A program made the position numbers and the translations under genes. This document shows, one piece after another, positions 50,925 through 64,000 of a DNA stretch of 64,000 nt. Below the pieces are notes generated by a model. The model made no database searches. It worked only from the letters and a program-made list of their open reading frames with translations, and was not told where the DNA came from. The stretch is from Penicillus capitatus (Eukaryota; Plantae; Chlorophyta): NCBI GenBank assembly GCA_965649825.1, contig OZ287697.1, forward strand, positions 645,635 to 709,634, written 5' to 3'. Every line of letters starts with the position of its first letter. Within the stretch, counting starts at the first letter, position 1.

Positions 50925-53900
50925 ATGTTGGCCGTCTACGTCAAACGACCGTGTTGTGTAGATGGTGGTCGTTGCGTACTCTCTGATGCGGAGATCGAAG
51001 ATGTCTTCAACGAAGAGAAAACGACGTGGATGATCACAGACAGACTCTACCAACAGCACGGAATTCAGGAGATCCTCGACTGCGCGGCAGACAACGACGT
51101 CATTTCGCTGAACCTAACAAAGACCGTCGCCCCTACCGAGAGAATCGTCGTTCGCCGCAACGTAACGATCGACGGAACGCCGCCGTCTGATGCGAATCCC
51201 TCAAGGGCACAAACAAAATTTACGTGTCCATCGGGCAAGGGACTTTTTCTCGTAAGGTACGCATAGCATCTCACACATTTTTGTTGTCGTACAATTTTTT
51301 CTCACACTTTCCAGAGACTGTGACTTTGCATTGAAGAATGTTGTCATCCAAAACTGCAAGCACGCTAAGACGGATGGCGTTGCCAGCATCATCGAAACCG
51401 CCAGGTGCTCGCACAAGTCTTCTCAGGAACGCGAACTGCGTCTATTCAATGTGACATTCAAACGGAATGAGAATCTTGGAGGCTCAGTGGGACTCGTCGT
51501 GCACGATCCTGCGTGTCATGTCCGTCTTTTCATGCGCGACGTTCTTTTTCACGGCAATGGATATCGACGTGCATCGCGTCTAGCGAGAGAGAATATTCTT
51601 GAGAACGTGGTCGTGAAAGAAAATGAAGGCCCCAAAATCAGAAACCGAAATCGTCCTTTCTTTTTCTTCCCTCGGAAATTCATTGCAAATCTGACAGATC
51701 TCGTCGTGGCGGACAACCGAAGGACGGCTTTTGTTACGGCGTACGACGGACAGTTAGAGATCGCGGATTCTAAGTTCATCGGCAATTCGGGGAACAACAT
51801 CGGCGTCGTTTTCGCCTTTTCGACTCGACTGACCGTAAAGAACTCTCAGTTCATCCGCAATGACTGTCAAGGCAGTGGGGCTGCCATTCTAGTATACAAA
51901 GGCTCTACAGCCGCTTTTTCCTTTTGTGAGTTTTTGGAGAATAATTCGACGGAGATCGGAGGCAGTGTGTACATTAAGCAAGTGCGAAGCGTTTTGTTCG
52001 AATCTTGCCGTTTTGTGCGAAACACTGCTGCTCATGATGTTGACACCGATGAATTTGTTCCTCTTGGCCAAGGGGGAGCCGTCTTCTATCAGGGCCACTT
52101 CTACCGAATAGACAGATTCGATGTATACACGAGCAAGATAGTGTTCAAGAAGTGTGATTTCATTCAGAATCGAGCTTATGGAGGGAGTGCTGTTTATTTT
52201 ATACACGTCGGCGGAAAAATTCTGTTTCGTTCGTGTATTATTCGCGAGAATGAAGAGCTCTTTCATCATAAAGTGCTATATAAGGATGTCGGTGGGGTAG
52301 TTCAAGTTTTTGCGAGCCGTATCTCAACCTTTCGAATGAGGCAGTCTGTCGTCGAGCGGAACAGCGGAGTCCGGGGAGGCGGTGTGTCCATCATCGGCGC
52401 ACCGGGCAAACTGTATTTTGAGAAGACTATTTTCCGCAAGAATCGTGCACTGCGTGAAGCTGGAGGAGGGGTATTCGTCAGGGCGATCATAAATCACGAT
52501 GAACCAACATCCTTGAAGATTCGTCAGTCTGTCTTCCGAGAAAATGAAGGAAGTACACTGGGAGGTTCTGTTTACGCCTCGGGAAAGCGCATAGAGGCGG
52601 AACTCTACAACTGTACCTTTGCAAACAATTCAGCAGTGAAGGGGGCGGCCGTGCTTGCAGATGCTGTCGACGCACTGGTTATCACAGATTGTATCTTTAG
52701 AGGTAATGGCGCCGCGATCAGTGGCGGCGCCATTGCGGCCGAGGCTGTGGTCACTAAGGTGTTCGAGAGTACTTTTATCGAGAACAAGAGTCAGTATGGT
52801 GGTGCCATTGCTGCGTTTTCCGGCCTTCTGATTTCCAGATCTGCCTTCCGCGGAAATGAAGCAGGCGCTAGTGGGGGAGCTTTGCATGTCAACTATCGGT
52901 ACTACGATCCCATCGACGAAGTGGGCAGTTACAGTTATATTGGACTCTTTAAGAGTACATTCGTCAACAATCGTGCAGATGGTTCTGGAGGCGCTGTCCA
53001 CAACATCATGAACGTCGATTTGAAGACAGGAGACTGTATATTCAAGCGAAACAGAGCAAGCGTTGGTGGAGGTCTGTCGATTCTGCATGGACCGAAAAGA
53101 CAGTGGAAGCATGTCGTCAAACGCAGTAAGTTTTTTGAGAATCGCGCTCTGATCGGAGGTAAGAAAGAAGAGAATACGGTGTATTGGTGATGGAGTGTTG
53201 TTCGTAGGCGCCATCTCGTTGATCGATGCCTCGGCCTATTCCTTCCCTCCTGACCGTGAGCCGTACATTGGTCGTTACAATTTTCGGTATGACGCGAAGC
53301 GCAATTTCAGCTTGACGCACACAGAAGGCGGTTTTCGATTTCGAAAAAGTGTGATTGAGAGGAATACAGCCGAACGCTCCGGTGGAGGCATCTACTGCGA
53401 AGACATCACACTTTTGAAGATCGACGATCAGCCCATGAAACATTTTAGGCAACAAAATGTCGAGTGCCCAAACACTGTCGCCATTCCGTCCGTCGATATG
53501 GAGAACATTCGAAACAATACGGTGCGAAAGAGCGCGAGCGAGAGTCACGAAGAAAATCTGTCAACTATATCGAGCAGCTTCTGCGTGACAGTTCTCGAGA
53601 ATGATCAGCCCATTGCGTCGATTCGTCACGGAGGCGTGTATCGCATTGAGCAGTGGAAAAGTGGAGAGATCTTTCCCGTTCTCCGCGTAACGATGCATGA
53701 CAGTTTGGGAAACAACTTTTCTCAGACGAAGCCACCACAGCCGCTGACAGGATCACAAATCAGTGAGCCGCAGAACGCCTACGGAAATGTTGCAAGCGCC
53801 ATGCTGCGATCAAAACGTGATGCGTCCTTTCCGCACAGCTTTCTGACGAATGATGTTTCGGCAGACCTGTCCTCAGGCGTCGCCGTGATAGAGCCTGGTC

Positions 53901-55974
53901 ATCGATATGCCAAACCTGGTCACTATCAGCTAACACTCAGCGTTGAGGGATTTCCGTCATCGGAGGTCATCATCCAGATCGACGTCCGTCGCTGCACCAT
54001 CAATGAACAGGCAGATGTCGATGCAGCCGTCTGCACACAGTGCGATTCGAATCAGTACAATTTCGATGCTGGCAACGATCGGAGCAAGTGCATTCGATGT
54101 CCCGAGCACGGTAACTGCTCGACGGTCTTCACTCTCCCGCAGGCAGGATACTGGAACTCTTTTCCTTGCTCGCATCACATGGATCGTTGTCTGAATGAAG
54201 ATGCTTGCACAACAGTGAATGAGAGTTTTCTGGAGGGACTTCTGAAAAACGAAACATCTTGTGCGTTTGATGACGCGACCAGGGTGGAGTACCAGTCCAG
54301 TCACTGTGCAGAAAACTATGAGGATGTCCTCTGTGGATCTTGCAAGAACACTAGTGGACGGTTGGGTGCATTTGTGTGTGCTGCATGCATTCCTAAAGAA
54401 CTGGCAGCGATGGGACTGATTGGGATGATCATCTTACAACTGTGTCTTGCCCTCTTGCAAATCAAGGAGACACTGGATTCCGACGAAACAAATTCCGATC
54501 AAGACGCTCTCTCCTTGAGAGTCATCGCCAGCAGCAGAAGATCTGTTCGTTCTGTCGCACAGTACGAATCACTAGAGCATGGTCTGGAAGTGGACAGAGC
54601 TTCCATCGCTGCAAGGAGTATCCAAACGACCTCCTCGCGCAGAGCCACAGACATCAGAAACGCAAGATGGCGATTTCTGCAGACTTTAAAGGTATGCTTG
54701 TTATGAATGCGTGCTTTTCATAGAGAGCTCACTGCAGATCACTATCAACCTGTTGCAGACAGTGGTAGCTGCTGCATCGCTCGATGTGTCATGGACTCGT
54801 CCCTCTCTTGATCTGTTCAAATCTTTCGGTGAGTATCAGCAGATGGATCTACATCTCTTATGAGTTCCTCTCTCTGACAGATAGCATCGGAGGATCTTTT
54901 GCCATCACATCTTCGTTCTCCCTGGATTGCCTGTTACCGACAGGGACAGCAGCTCCGAGAACGATCATCCGGCAGATCCTTATTGCGCTGCTGCCTGTGC
55001 TGATCAGCCTAGCGATCTGTGTCTCCTGGTCATTGCTCGAGATCAAGAGCGAGAGAATAGCTGGACGGTTGGCAAGAAGGATCATCCTGGTGCACATTGT
55101 TGTTGCTTACAACTTCTATCTCCTGCTTTTCAAGGTCGCTGTCGATGCTTACAACTGTATCTCTGTCCATGACAGCAGCAACCTCGATGACATCCAGTCC
55201 ATCGATCGCTACTGGGCACTGGACACGTCAATACGATGCTACACAAGCAGCCATCTGCTTTTCATTCGGACAGTTTCGATTCCTTTGCTGCTCTTTGGCG
55301 TCAGTTATCCAGTGCTGCTGGCTGTGTTCCTCGTCAACAGCCGCAAAAATGGCACCCTGTCCTCCACGTGGACACAGGAGACAATGGGCTTCTTGTTTGC
55401 GGGTTTCGAAGAGAGGTTCGTTCACTGGGACTGTTTGATTCTTCTACGAAAGGCAGTGATCTCGGTTATCGTTGTCTTTGCTTATCAACTGGGTCGGGAC
55501 TTGCAAGGTCTTCTTGCCATGGCTGTCCTTGTCCTTGCACTTTTCTTCCAGGCGCGTTTTGCCCCCTTTAAACACGAACTTGGAAATCTGAATGCCTTGG
55601 AATCAGCGTCGCTCCTTGTGAGCTTCTTCACTTTCTTTTGCGGTCTCCTTTTTGGCAATGAGAAACTGAAGGGTGTTTTTCTCAGAGGAATACTCACTGT
55701 CCTCGTTGTCGGTAGCAATATTGGATTGTTTGTTGTTCTCTTTTTTCTTTTGGCTAAACTGAAATTCCGGCAGATTAAACTCAAGCTTGACGAGAATCAG
55801 GTCCACTGCGGTCAGGGGAGACCACATGAAGTCATTCTTGCTTTTGCCAAGTATCAGTTCACTAGCTTCTGCATGCTGATGTGTAAATGGTGGCAAGTTG
55901 ACGACCGAGAGACGACGACCCAACCAACTGTTGAACTCTCGCGTGCTGATAAAAACTCAGTCCATAAAAACTGA
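50925..55974 (+). CDS. Large membrane protein: pectin-lyase-like beta-helix (FxxN/GGA repeats), Cys-rich region, multi-TM C-terminus; 4 introns
   Basis: Repeated FxxNxA..GGA(I/V/L), CTQC..NQYNF..CIRCPEHGNC and CAENYEDVLCGSC, then about 7 hydrophobic segments. Exons join in frame through GT-AG introns. Confidence 0.85.
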
Positions 55975-56393
55975 ATCTCTTCTGCAGAGGAGGAATTGTT
56001 CGATCGAACATCATGTTGGATGACATGCTCATGGACCCGAGACATGAACTGTAAAAACACGTGTAATGAATTGACCTTCTACGGAGTTTTTCCGCATGAC
56101 ACCTGCCTCGATGTATCCAAATAGCCCACGGAGATGCATACATGGAACGATCACCTCTGCTCTGTCGTGATTTTGGAAAGTCTATGATCGCATATCAGCA
56201 CACTTCTTCAAACTTTACAGTATCTTTGTCACTCCATATTTCAAGGTATCTAAGTTTCAAATCTCTGTACGGTGGGTGCAGACAACGATGTTCTGCAGCA
56301 TTTGACATCCATTCAAAAACAGATATTTTGACTTATCACATCTTATCTGCTCTTTCAAGGTATGTTTGAGCAGGACCCGCTTCACAGGGTTTC

Positions 56394-59300
56394 TTATTCG
56401 CTGCTGGAATCGCTAGCCGCCTTCGAACCTTCAAAATCTGAATCGCTATCGTGATCGGATACTTCGTGGACATCTGAGTCTTGCAAGAAGTCCTCGTCGA
56501 TATCTCTATCTTCGTTTGGCCGCCGAGCCTGTCGTCTTGGTCTCTTTCGGGGCTCTTCAGTGGCAACAACTGTCATCTCCAGTGGTTCTTCTTCGGATTC
56601 GGTATCATCATCGAGCATAAGAACAGCAGCTACACATCAGCGATCCGTTGAACGAAATGCAACAGAGAAAAACATACTTCGCTCTTTTCGTTTAGGCCTT
56701 TGAACTGGTGAACTCACTTCTGCGTCTTCTGCGATTTCAGCAAGTGGTTGCCTCGCTTGCTGACTGGTTTGGGCCATCGATGGGTTAGACGATCCACTTT
56801 GAAGCCCAAGTACATCGAACTGACTGACCAGTGGCTGACTGGTCGATCCTGCGCCACTGTCCATGCTCACATCTGTCGATGTCATCGTCCTGCCGTTTCC
56901 TGCTCCCCTGCCACGTCCTGCTCTTCCCCTGCCTCTGCCTCTTCTTGCACTTGTTTGCGATTCTGCCACTTCAGCAGGCTGTTGATTAGAGCTTCGTCCC
57001 GCAGTACTGCGTCCACGTGCACTTCCCCGTCGACCCTGAGTGTACAAACCCTGTCTTTTCGATGCACTGCCAATTGGACAGAAACTTACACGACCTCCTC
57101 GCCGACCTCGTGACGCCGCTGGTTGGCTGATCCTGCCATACGCTTCCATGCTCTCCAGACACGTGTTCAAGTAGTTCATATATTTCTAAAGAACACAGTC
57201 ATTGTAGACGAGGAAAAATGTTAAGTTACCTCGCGTAGTGTACGAAGATCCTCTCGCCACATATCCTTTGGTTCCCTCTGGCTGATCTCGAGGACATACC
57301 GCTTCTGCGCTTCCAGCTCTGCCTGAAGCTCTTGGACTTTTTCCAATGTCAGCTGATCGATGGGCATTCTTAGTAGATAGTTGTAGGTGGCCCTATCTGT
57401 CGTGCCTTCGCCATCCTCGACTGTCGCTTCTGTCTGGTGTGCTTTCTTCGAATCTGGAAGTTGTTTATCGAACGCCATGTGTTCCATATCTTCAATGACA
57501 TCTTGTTTTTTCCGGTTTGCCAACACCAGCTTCCCTTCCACTACTGCCGTAATGAACCGGGCCTTGTTGTCGAGAACGTTCATCTCGTGCTCAGCATTCT
57601 GCACATAAGCTTCCAAAAGCGGCATAGATAGAAGAAACACTTACGGCGACGATAGAGGCTTTTCGCTTGAAGTAATATTCCATTCGCACCGTGAAGAACT
57701 GCGAGAGTATCTCCTTGACATTCGAGTACTTCTGTATGCGCCCATCTGGACTAAACAACACCATGTTCGTCGTCGACAGTTTCGTCTTCAGTTTGAGGCC
57801 CTCAGCAATCCCTTGCAGTTGTAAACGCTGCATCTGCTCGGAATCCACGTAGATGGTAAGATGGACGAGTGTATCTGTCGTTCCATCGGAATAGTCTGTG
57901 ATCAGTGCTGGCGTATCTGGTCCAGGAGAAACCATAGCCTTCTTCAGGAAGTCTTTGTAGTCATCTGTCCATTTTCGCAGGGCCAGATCAAATATCTCAA
58001 TGATCCCCTCCTCTTCATTCACTGAATATCTTCCAGTCACTGAGAAGGACTCTCCATGAGGAGGGATGGGCTCAATGGTTCCAGTATAGCCCATATACCA
58101 CGGCTCCATCATCTGAGGCTCTTCACCATCCAGCATGCCCAGTAGATTGTCGATGATGTTGAGAGGATTGTAATTAGGTATGCTGGTACTCCATCCAGTG
58201 CCAATGCCTTCGGCGCCGTTTACCAGGACCATGGGAATGATCGGCACATACCACTTCGGCTGAATGGACTTGCCATCGTCGTCCAGATATTGCAGAATAT
58301 CATCATCGGGTTTAAGGAAGATATAACGGGTCAAAGGACCCTGTGAAGTATGCAGGTATCGCGCACTGGCAGCATCTTTTCCGCCCTACAGGAAAGAAGA
58401 ATAAACAACTGTTTATGTTACTTGTCATCAGCATTGATCACCAGTAGTCGTGTTCCAAATTGTCCGTTGGGCTCCAAAAGGTTGATATTGTTAGACCCAA
58501 CATGGTTTTGGGCAAGTCCAATGATGGTCGCGCTAAGACTTGTGTCGCCGTGATGGTATGCTGCATGCTGACTGACGTATCCAGTGAGTTCGACTACCTA
58601 AACGCGCCAATGAACACATGTGTTTTGGTAGTGGGACTGAGCAGAACCTTCATTTCGGCAGGACCCTTCTTCAGGATGCTGTAAATGATTTTTCTCTGTC
58701 CAACTTTTAACCCGTCCATCAGAGCTGGAATCGATCGGTCGATGTCTGCCATCGAGAACAGAATGAGCTCCTTGTTCACGAACTCTGTGTACGTCAGTTG
58801 AGATTCGTTGTGATCGATGCACGTTCCTTCTTCGAAAGCTGCCAGCCATTCCTTCCGATCTGCTGCGCGTTTCTTAGAGAAAGCCATGTCGATGGCCTCG
58901 TCGGCTTCCGTCCCTGGCACGAACGACACACTTGCAATAGAGGGATCATAGGACTGGGGATGTGCTAACCTTCATACGTGAACTGCTTCCTGTGAAATGA
59001 CAGCGCCTTAAAATAGTTGACAGCATCCATCCGATTGGACGTTCCGAGTCCTTTGTAGTATTTTATGGTCCATTTCTTCCTATCTGCTCCCAACTCTTCC
59101 TTCCACCGCTCATACTCGGGGATTGTATAGAAAGCTTTCACATCTTTCTTGTATGTGGCCTATGACAGCAAGCAGCATCAACTGACTCGAGTCGAGGTGA
59201 GGCAGGAAGATCACTTTAACGATCGGCGTAACGAAAACCTGTATGAAGTTCGGCAATTGTAGCAACGATGGATGGCAATGATGCAGGAAGTTAATGATGA

Positions 59301-61285
59301 GTCCCTTTATATGGGATCCATCAAAATCCTGATCGGTCATAATCATCACGTGCCCGTAGCGGAGTTTCTGTGTATCCGAGTACGCCTATACTTAAACATC
59401 ACATACGAAACACCGTTACTCCGGATCAGTATTCCTTACTGTATGATGCTGAAGCCCAATGATTTGTTTCAGGTTCTGAATTTCTTTGTTGTTCGAAATC
59501 GCCGCAGTCGAACTATCTCTGACGTTTAATAGCTTCCCCCTAAGGAAAGAGGTATCTATCTCTGTAATGCAGGCAAGATCGGATGAGGGATGACCTTAAG
59601 GGGAAAACCCCAAACGTGTCCCGACCAACCACAGCAATTCCTGCCATTGCAAGAGCTTTGGCCGAATCCCCTTCCGTCAAGATCAGAGTACACTCTGTCG
59701 ATTTCTTCGTCCCCGCCAAATTTGCGTCATCCAGCTTTTCAACTGGACAGCACATGTGAAAGTGAAAAGAGAGTTTGATGTTACTTTTGATTCTCGATGA
59801 TTTTGAGCCGTCGGTTTTCTTCAGCATCTGCTGCGCTTTGATCGCGGCGAAGGTCATCAGGTGATCCAGCACACCGCACTTCGCGACTTTGTCGAAGAAC
59901 TCCTCTGGTAAGGTGCATTTCGATCCAAAGTCTGCTGCTCTGGTCGTCATGTTTTCCTTCGTCTGAGAATCGAAGGCTGGATTCTCGATCATGCAATTGA
60001 TGAAGACATGCAAATAGTTCTTGACATGTGCAGGGCGCATAAAGGACGTCTTAGTCTTCTTGGAGGCTCTTTCCATCAAGGCCTTGGTCACCTGGTCGAC
60101 GACGTGAGTCACATGCGTGCCTCCTTTTATCGTGCAGATCGAATTCACAAAGCTTATCTGTCACATCATTCCTTTCATCAGCACCGACCACATGTGTGGC
60201 GACGTCAGATCACACCTGTTGGAATTCTCCGTCTGAGCTTGCAATGACGATCTCCCATCTGTCATTGGCCTTGTAATGCACCCTGACGTTTCCTCCATCT
60301 TTCTTCTTTCCCAAGAACAGATCCACATAGTCTTCGAATGTACGGACGGGGAGTAATTGATCGTTGAAAGAGACTTTGACATCTCGACCCAGTAATCCAG
60401 CCATATCATATGTACGCTTTCTCATGATCGATACAATGTCTTCATCCAGATGCGTCATGCCGAATTTCACCAGATCTGGGCGGAAGGTAACGCAGGTCCA
60501 ACTGCGCTTCGTTTTGGAAGCTTTGATCTGAGGCTCCTGTTTGTCATTCATATTGTTGGAGAAGATCTGTCGGTACTCTTTGGTCCCATCGCCCGTCTCG
60601 ATCACAAATTCCGTCGAAAAGATGTTCGCCAGTTTGGCACCGAAGCCGTTACGACCTCCTGTCATCTGCACCGAACCACCACCACCAAAGATCCTTCAGG
60701 TCAGCTCCTCTCATCTGTACAGATTTCACCTTCTTCTCATCGTCGTCGAAGTTGGAGCTGGTCAAGAGATGGCCAAAGATGAGCTCTGGCACATAGACGT
60801 TCTCTTTCTTATGCACCTCAATGGGCACTCCTTCGCCGTTGTTCCAGACCCGTATCAGATTCTCCTCCTGAAAGAGACGTTTACCGACAGACGTCGACGA
60901 TCGGACAGTGGGGTTACCGGGTTGACTTGGACGCGGAGTTCACTCATCGACGAGTCTCGGACTTTGTTATCGGCGGCGTTGACCAGAATCTCGTCGAAGA
61001 TCTTGTACAGACCAGGGACAACGCTGACCTGCTTGCACTGCATACGTTCGCCGTCGTGGATCCATGTTCTGTAAGATTGACTCTCGACGCTCCCTAGAAA
61101 CAGCTATCGGATCGAAGGTGAAGAGCAATAAGCAAGGGCTTGTACCTATGTACGTGTCTGGTCGTAGAAGTATGTGCTCTAGCTGGGTCTTCTTTTGGTA
61201 TACTTCTTCGACTGCCTTCTTGGCCTACGGCGGAAAGGAAGCCGATGTTGATCAGGATATCAAACGGATGCCAAACCTGCGGCAT
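56394..61285 (-). CDS. TOP2: DNA topoisomerase II, multi-exon
   Basis: YQKKTQLEHILLRPDTYIG, KIFDEILVNAADN, GGRNGFGAKL, LTEGDSA, PLRGKLLNV, IMTDQDFDGSHIKGL, AASARY (catalytic Tyr), NGAEGIGTGWS. Confidence 0.97.
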
Positions 61286-61691
61286 CGTCGACAGAATCCG
61301 CGCGGCAAAAAACGTCGGGTAGGGCGTTGACTGGCGGTGATAACGAATGCAATGATATCATTTGTCTCATCTCTGCACAGCCAGCCTGTCACATCGTTGT
61401 CGCATAGACTGCATTCATTCTCAATGCATGCGTGCGTGGGATGACGTCGAGAGTGAGAGTAAGTGTGACCCAGAGAGATATCGATGAGGAGGAATCATCG
61501 TGTTAACAAGGAATATGTTGAAAGATATGAGTTCAGGTGTTCACGATGTGCTCCACGAGTCTTAGACTAAATCAAATGCTAAGTGATGATCGTATGAATA
61601 CAGTCAGTCCATTGAAGCCACATATGCACAAATGCGACGGGTCATTGATTTGCAGTGTTTTATCAGAGTGCAGCAATGTGGCGTCTATGTG

Positions 61692-62656
61692 TTAAAAGTA
61701 TTTGTAGATGACTTTCTCGACTTTTGCCATACAGACTGGGCATAGTAGATTCGGATCTGCAGCGAGTCGTCTGGCACAGTCCTCACAGACACATCGATGC
61801 GACCTGCAGAAAAGGTAGATGTGTGTCATTCCGAAAAATCTGTATGTTTGTGCAGACAGACAGACACTCACAGTTCGCCATGTACAAATCCAGATGTCTG
61901 AGGTGCAGATAGGCAAATGACGCATTCTGCTGCAGTGGAGACCGAGTCTTGTGGAATAGGACGCTGTACAGAACACCGCTGTTCGAAATCCGTCATGAGT
62001 TCTCTCCATGAGTCCTGGATCTTGATGGTCGCCACAAGTTGCAAGACATTGTCCTGATAATATCCAGTTTGACGATTGTGGGCAAGCTTGTGATGAAGAA
62101 ACTGCGAAAATCCCCACACATGCTGACTCTCCGTGAAAACAGCACTTCCACCTTCAACCGTCATCCCTATTGGTGTGAGAAGAAAAGTGTGATACGCACC
62201 CATGCACAATCGATCACCGGATGAAGATACCGCCGTGATGGATAAGAACACTTGATGTTCTTGCCGAGTCTCGCATGACAAGTATACCCCCAGAAAATCT
62301 CGATTGTCTTCTCTTCTTCCACAAGGACAGATATGCCAATTCCTGTACCATACAGACAGCGTCCATGCATTCTGGCGACGTGAATGGCGTGACCAGATGG
62401 AGTCGGAGAGAGTGAAGTTTGTCGAGAAGAGGCGCATTTTTCCGGCACTGAGTGGATGTCGAATGTGCCACTGGACAAGAGTTTCTGTTAGCGGGATAAG
62501 GTTGACGGACGGACCATGTATTCGGCACGGTGTTCGTCATATTTTGTTAGTCTGTATGAGTACGGGACACCATTCGTCGTGTTCTGGCCATCTGAAAGAG
62601 AAACCTCATCGTCTTCAGCAAAGAACTGCGTCCGACATCGTACTTGTGACCGACAT
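61692..62656 (-). CDS. MATH/TRAF domain plus C-terminal C3HC4 RING protein
   Basis: Spliced YMWHIR..LFSTNFTLSDSIW|NWHICPCG..FLGVYL..WGFSQF..GYYQDNVLQL (MATH) and CVIC..H..C..C..CPVC (RING). Start codon uncertain. Confidence 0.8.
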
Positions 62657-62874
62657 GAATCGACAATAACGAATCGAGAAAGATGCAGGCGACGGTGGTG
62701 CCGACGTCATTAGCTTCGCAGTCGAGTAAAGAGCCCAGGGCCATGACAATAACCGTCTCGCATCCGGCAGCTGCGGTCGCCCCGTATGAAACCGATCTGT
62801 AAGTGAGAGTGCGGCAGGGGAACGAAGTCGTCAAGAGCGAACAGCGCGAGAAGAGTCGTTCGTCGGCGCGTGCT

Positions 62875-63751
62875 TCATTCGCATGGTGGTTTTGCTCTTC
62901 GTAGACAATCCGTCTTGGAGTGAGCACGAGACATTGCCGAAAGGGCCGACGAGTTCGGAGATTTAGAATCCCCATCTCCCGTTTTCTTCTCTTTTTGATG
63001 ACAGAAAGAGTGTGATCGTCTGTTCTGCGATCGTTCGCTTATCTGCCGTGCCAATGGGGAAATCTTACCTTGAGAGAATGTATGATAGACTCTCTGTAAC
63101 CGAAGGTGGGTACGGCTGTCCTTAAGACGCGTCCGTTTTCCTTTAACAGAATGTTTAACGATCGATATGTATCGTAGTGGGCTGCTTGAGGGCACACATG
63201 AAGAAACAAAAGTGCATGCCAGTCATCTCACGAAAGGACGTCGATCCCTGCTGACATTGAACGCCCTCGTTCGATCGATCTGTTGAAGGGATGGCGGCTC
63301 ATCGGTTTCAGGATTTACCTTCACGTTGTCTTGAAGCTGCATCTTCTTTCGAGCATCTAAAAAACGGACCAAAAGCGAAACGGTTGTTCAGGTGACGCAC
63401 TCCACACAATCTGTCTGTACGAGAAATTGACGCTTCGTCATTAGTACTACTCGCAAATGACTGTAGCTACTTTTCGACAGGTTAGGACATTTGTAGCCAT
63501 GAGGATTGCACCGTCCTCGAAGACGCTCTGGGACAGCCTGGGTAAATAGTTCAACGTTGACCCAAGAGGTCTCTCCTGCCCCTTGTGTAGTTGATGAAGA
63601 TCATGCAAGCGTGCTCACTTCCTTCTTCTACCGTAACTGATGCCAGAGAAGGCTTCTTGAGCTTGAACGATGATTTCTTTGCTGCGTAGAATGACGTCAT
63701 CTCGAAGGATATGGGTTCCGCAACTTGGTTACAATTACAGATCACCGTCAC
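62875..63751 (-). CDS. Possible unknown spliced gene
   Basis: Several protein-like frames (ISFEMTSFYAAKKSSFKL, LNYLPRLSQSVFEDGAIL, FLDARKKMQLQDNV) but no family recognised and no complete model. Confidence 0.25.
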
Positions 63752-64000
63752 TGCCTCTGCGAGTGAATTCCGAGGTTACATAGTAAGGGTAAGATTGACT
63801 CATTGTCAGCGCGTTGAGAATGGATAGACGTCGGGAAACTGCCACACAGCGAAATTTTACGCGAACGAAGCGATATCGTGTGCCTTAAACGATCAATAAT
63901 ACGGAACGATAGAGAACGAGACAACGTCGCTCCGGACGACGCCCTTCAGATGTCATGATCTCAGTATTACCTCTGCCAGATGCCACATCTCCCTCGGAGT

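Noticed and set aside
62355-62405. Apparent triple frameshift in the MATH domain
   Set aside because: Resolved by a 51-nt GT-AG intron.

Overview
Eukaryotic nuclear DNA from a very compact, intron-dense green alga. The chlorophyte assignment is inferred from OHP2, PPL1, a TDY-type MAPK and standard-code stops; introns are about 35-70 nt. About 27 spliced genes were modelled by hand, many arranged head-to-head with under 120 bp between start codons. They include HAT1-like, DUF1997, neutral ceramidase, two trypsin-like proteases, Myb-MPN, TFIIIC tau95, proteasome beta2, ATAD3, CysRS, KAPP-like FHA-PP2C, a probable REC114/PHS1, PPL1, OHP2, RPP40, MAPK, a divergent cyclin, RPS8, a 5-kb beta-helix/multi-TM membrane protein, TOP2 and MATH-RING. 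The segment from about 37.2 to 50.9 kb breaks this pattern. It holds a deleted SDR pseudogene, a 1.16-kb direct duplication carrying five conserved hairpins interleaved with a chain of splice-like sites, a decayed intronless ORF, an intronless SDR, a divergent RPS8, a PKA-like kinase with TGA in its YRD motif joined to a broken RING domain, and a P450 fragment. No tRNA, rRNA, CRISPR array or recognisable transposase was seen. Gene boundaries and splice sites are manual estimates; no database searches were run.
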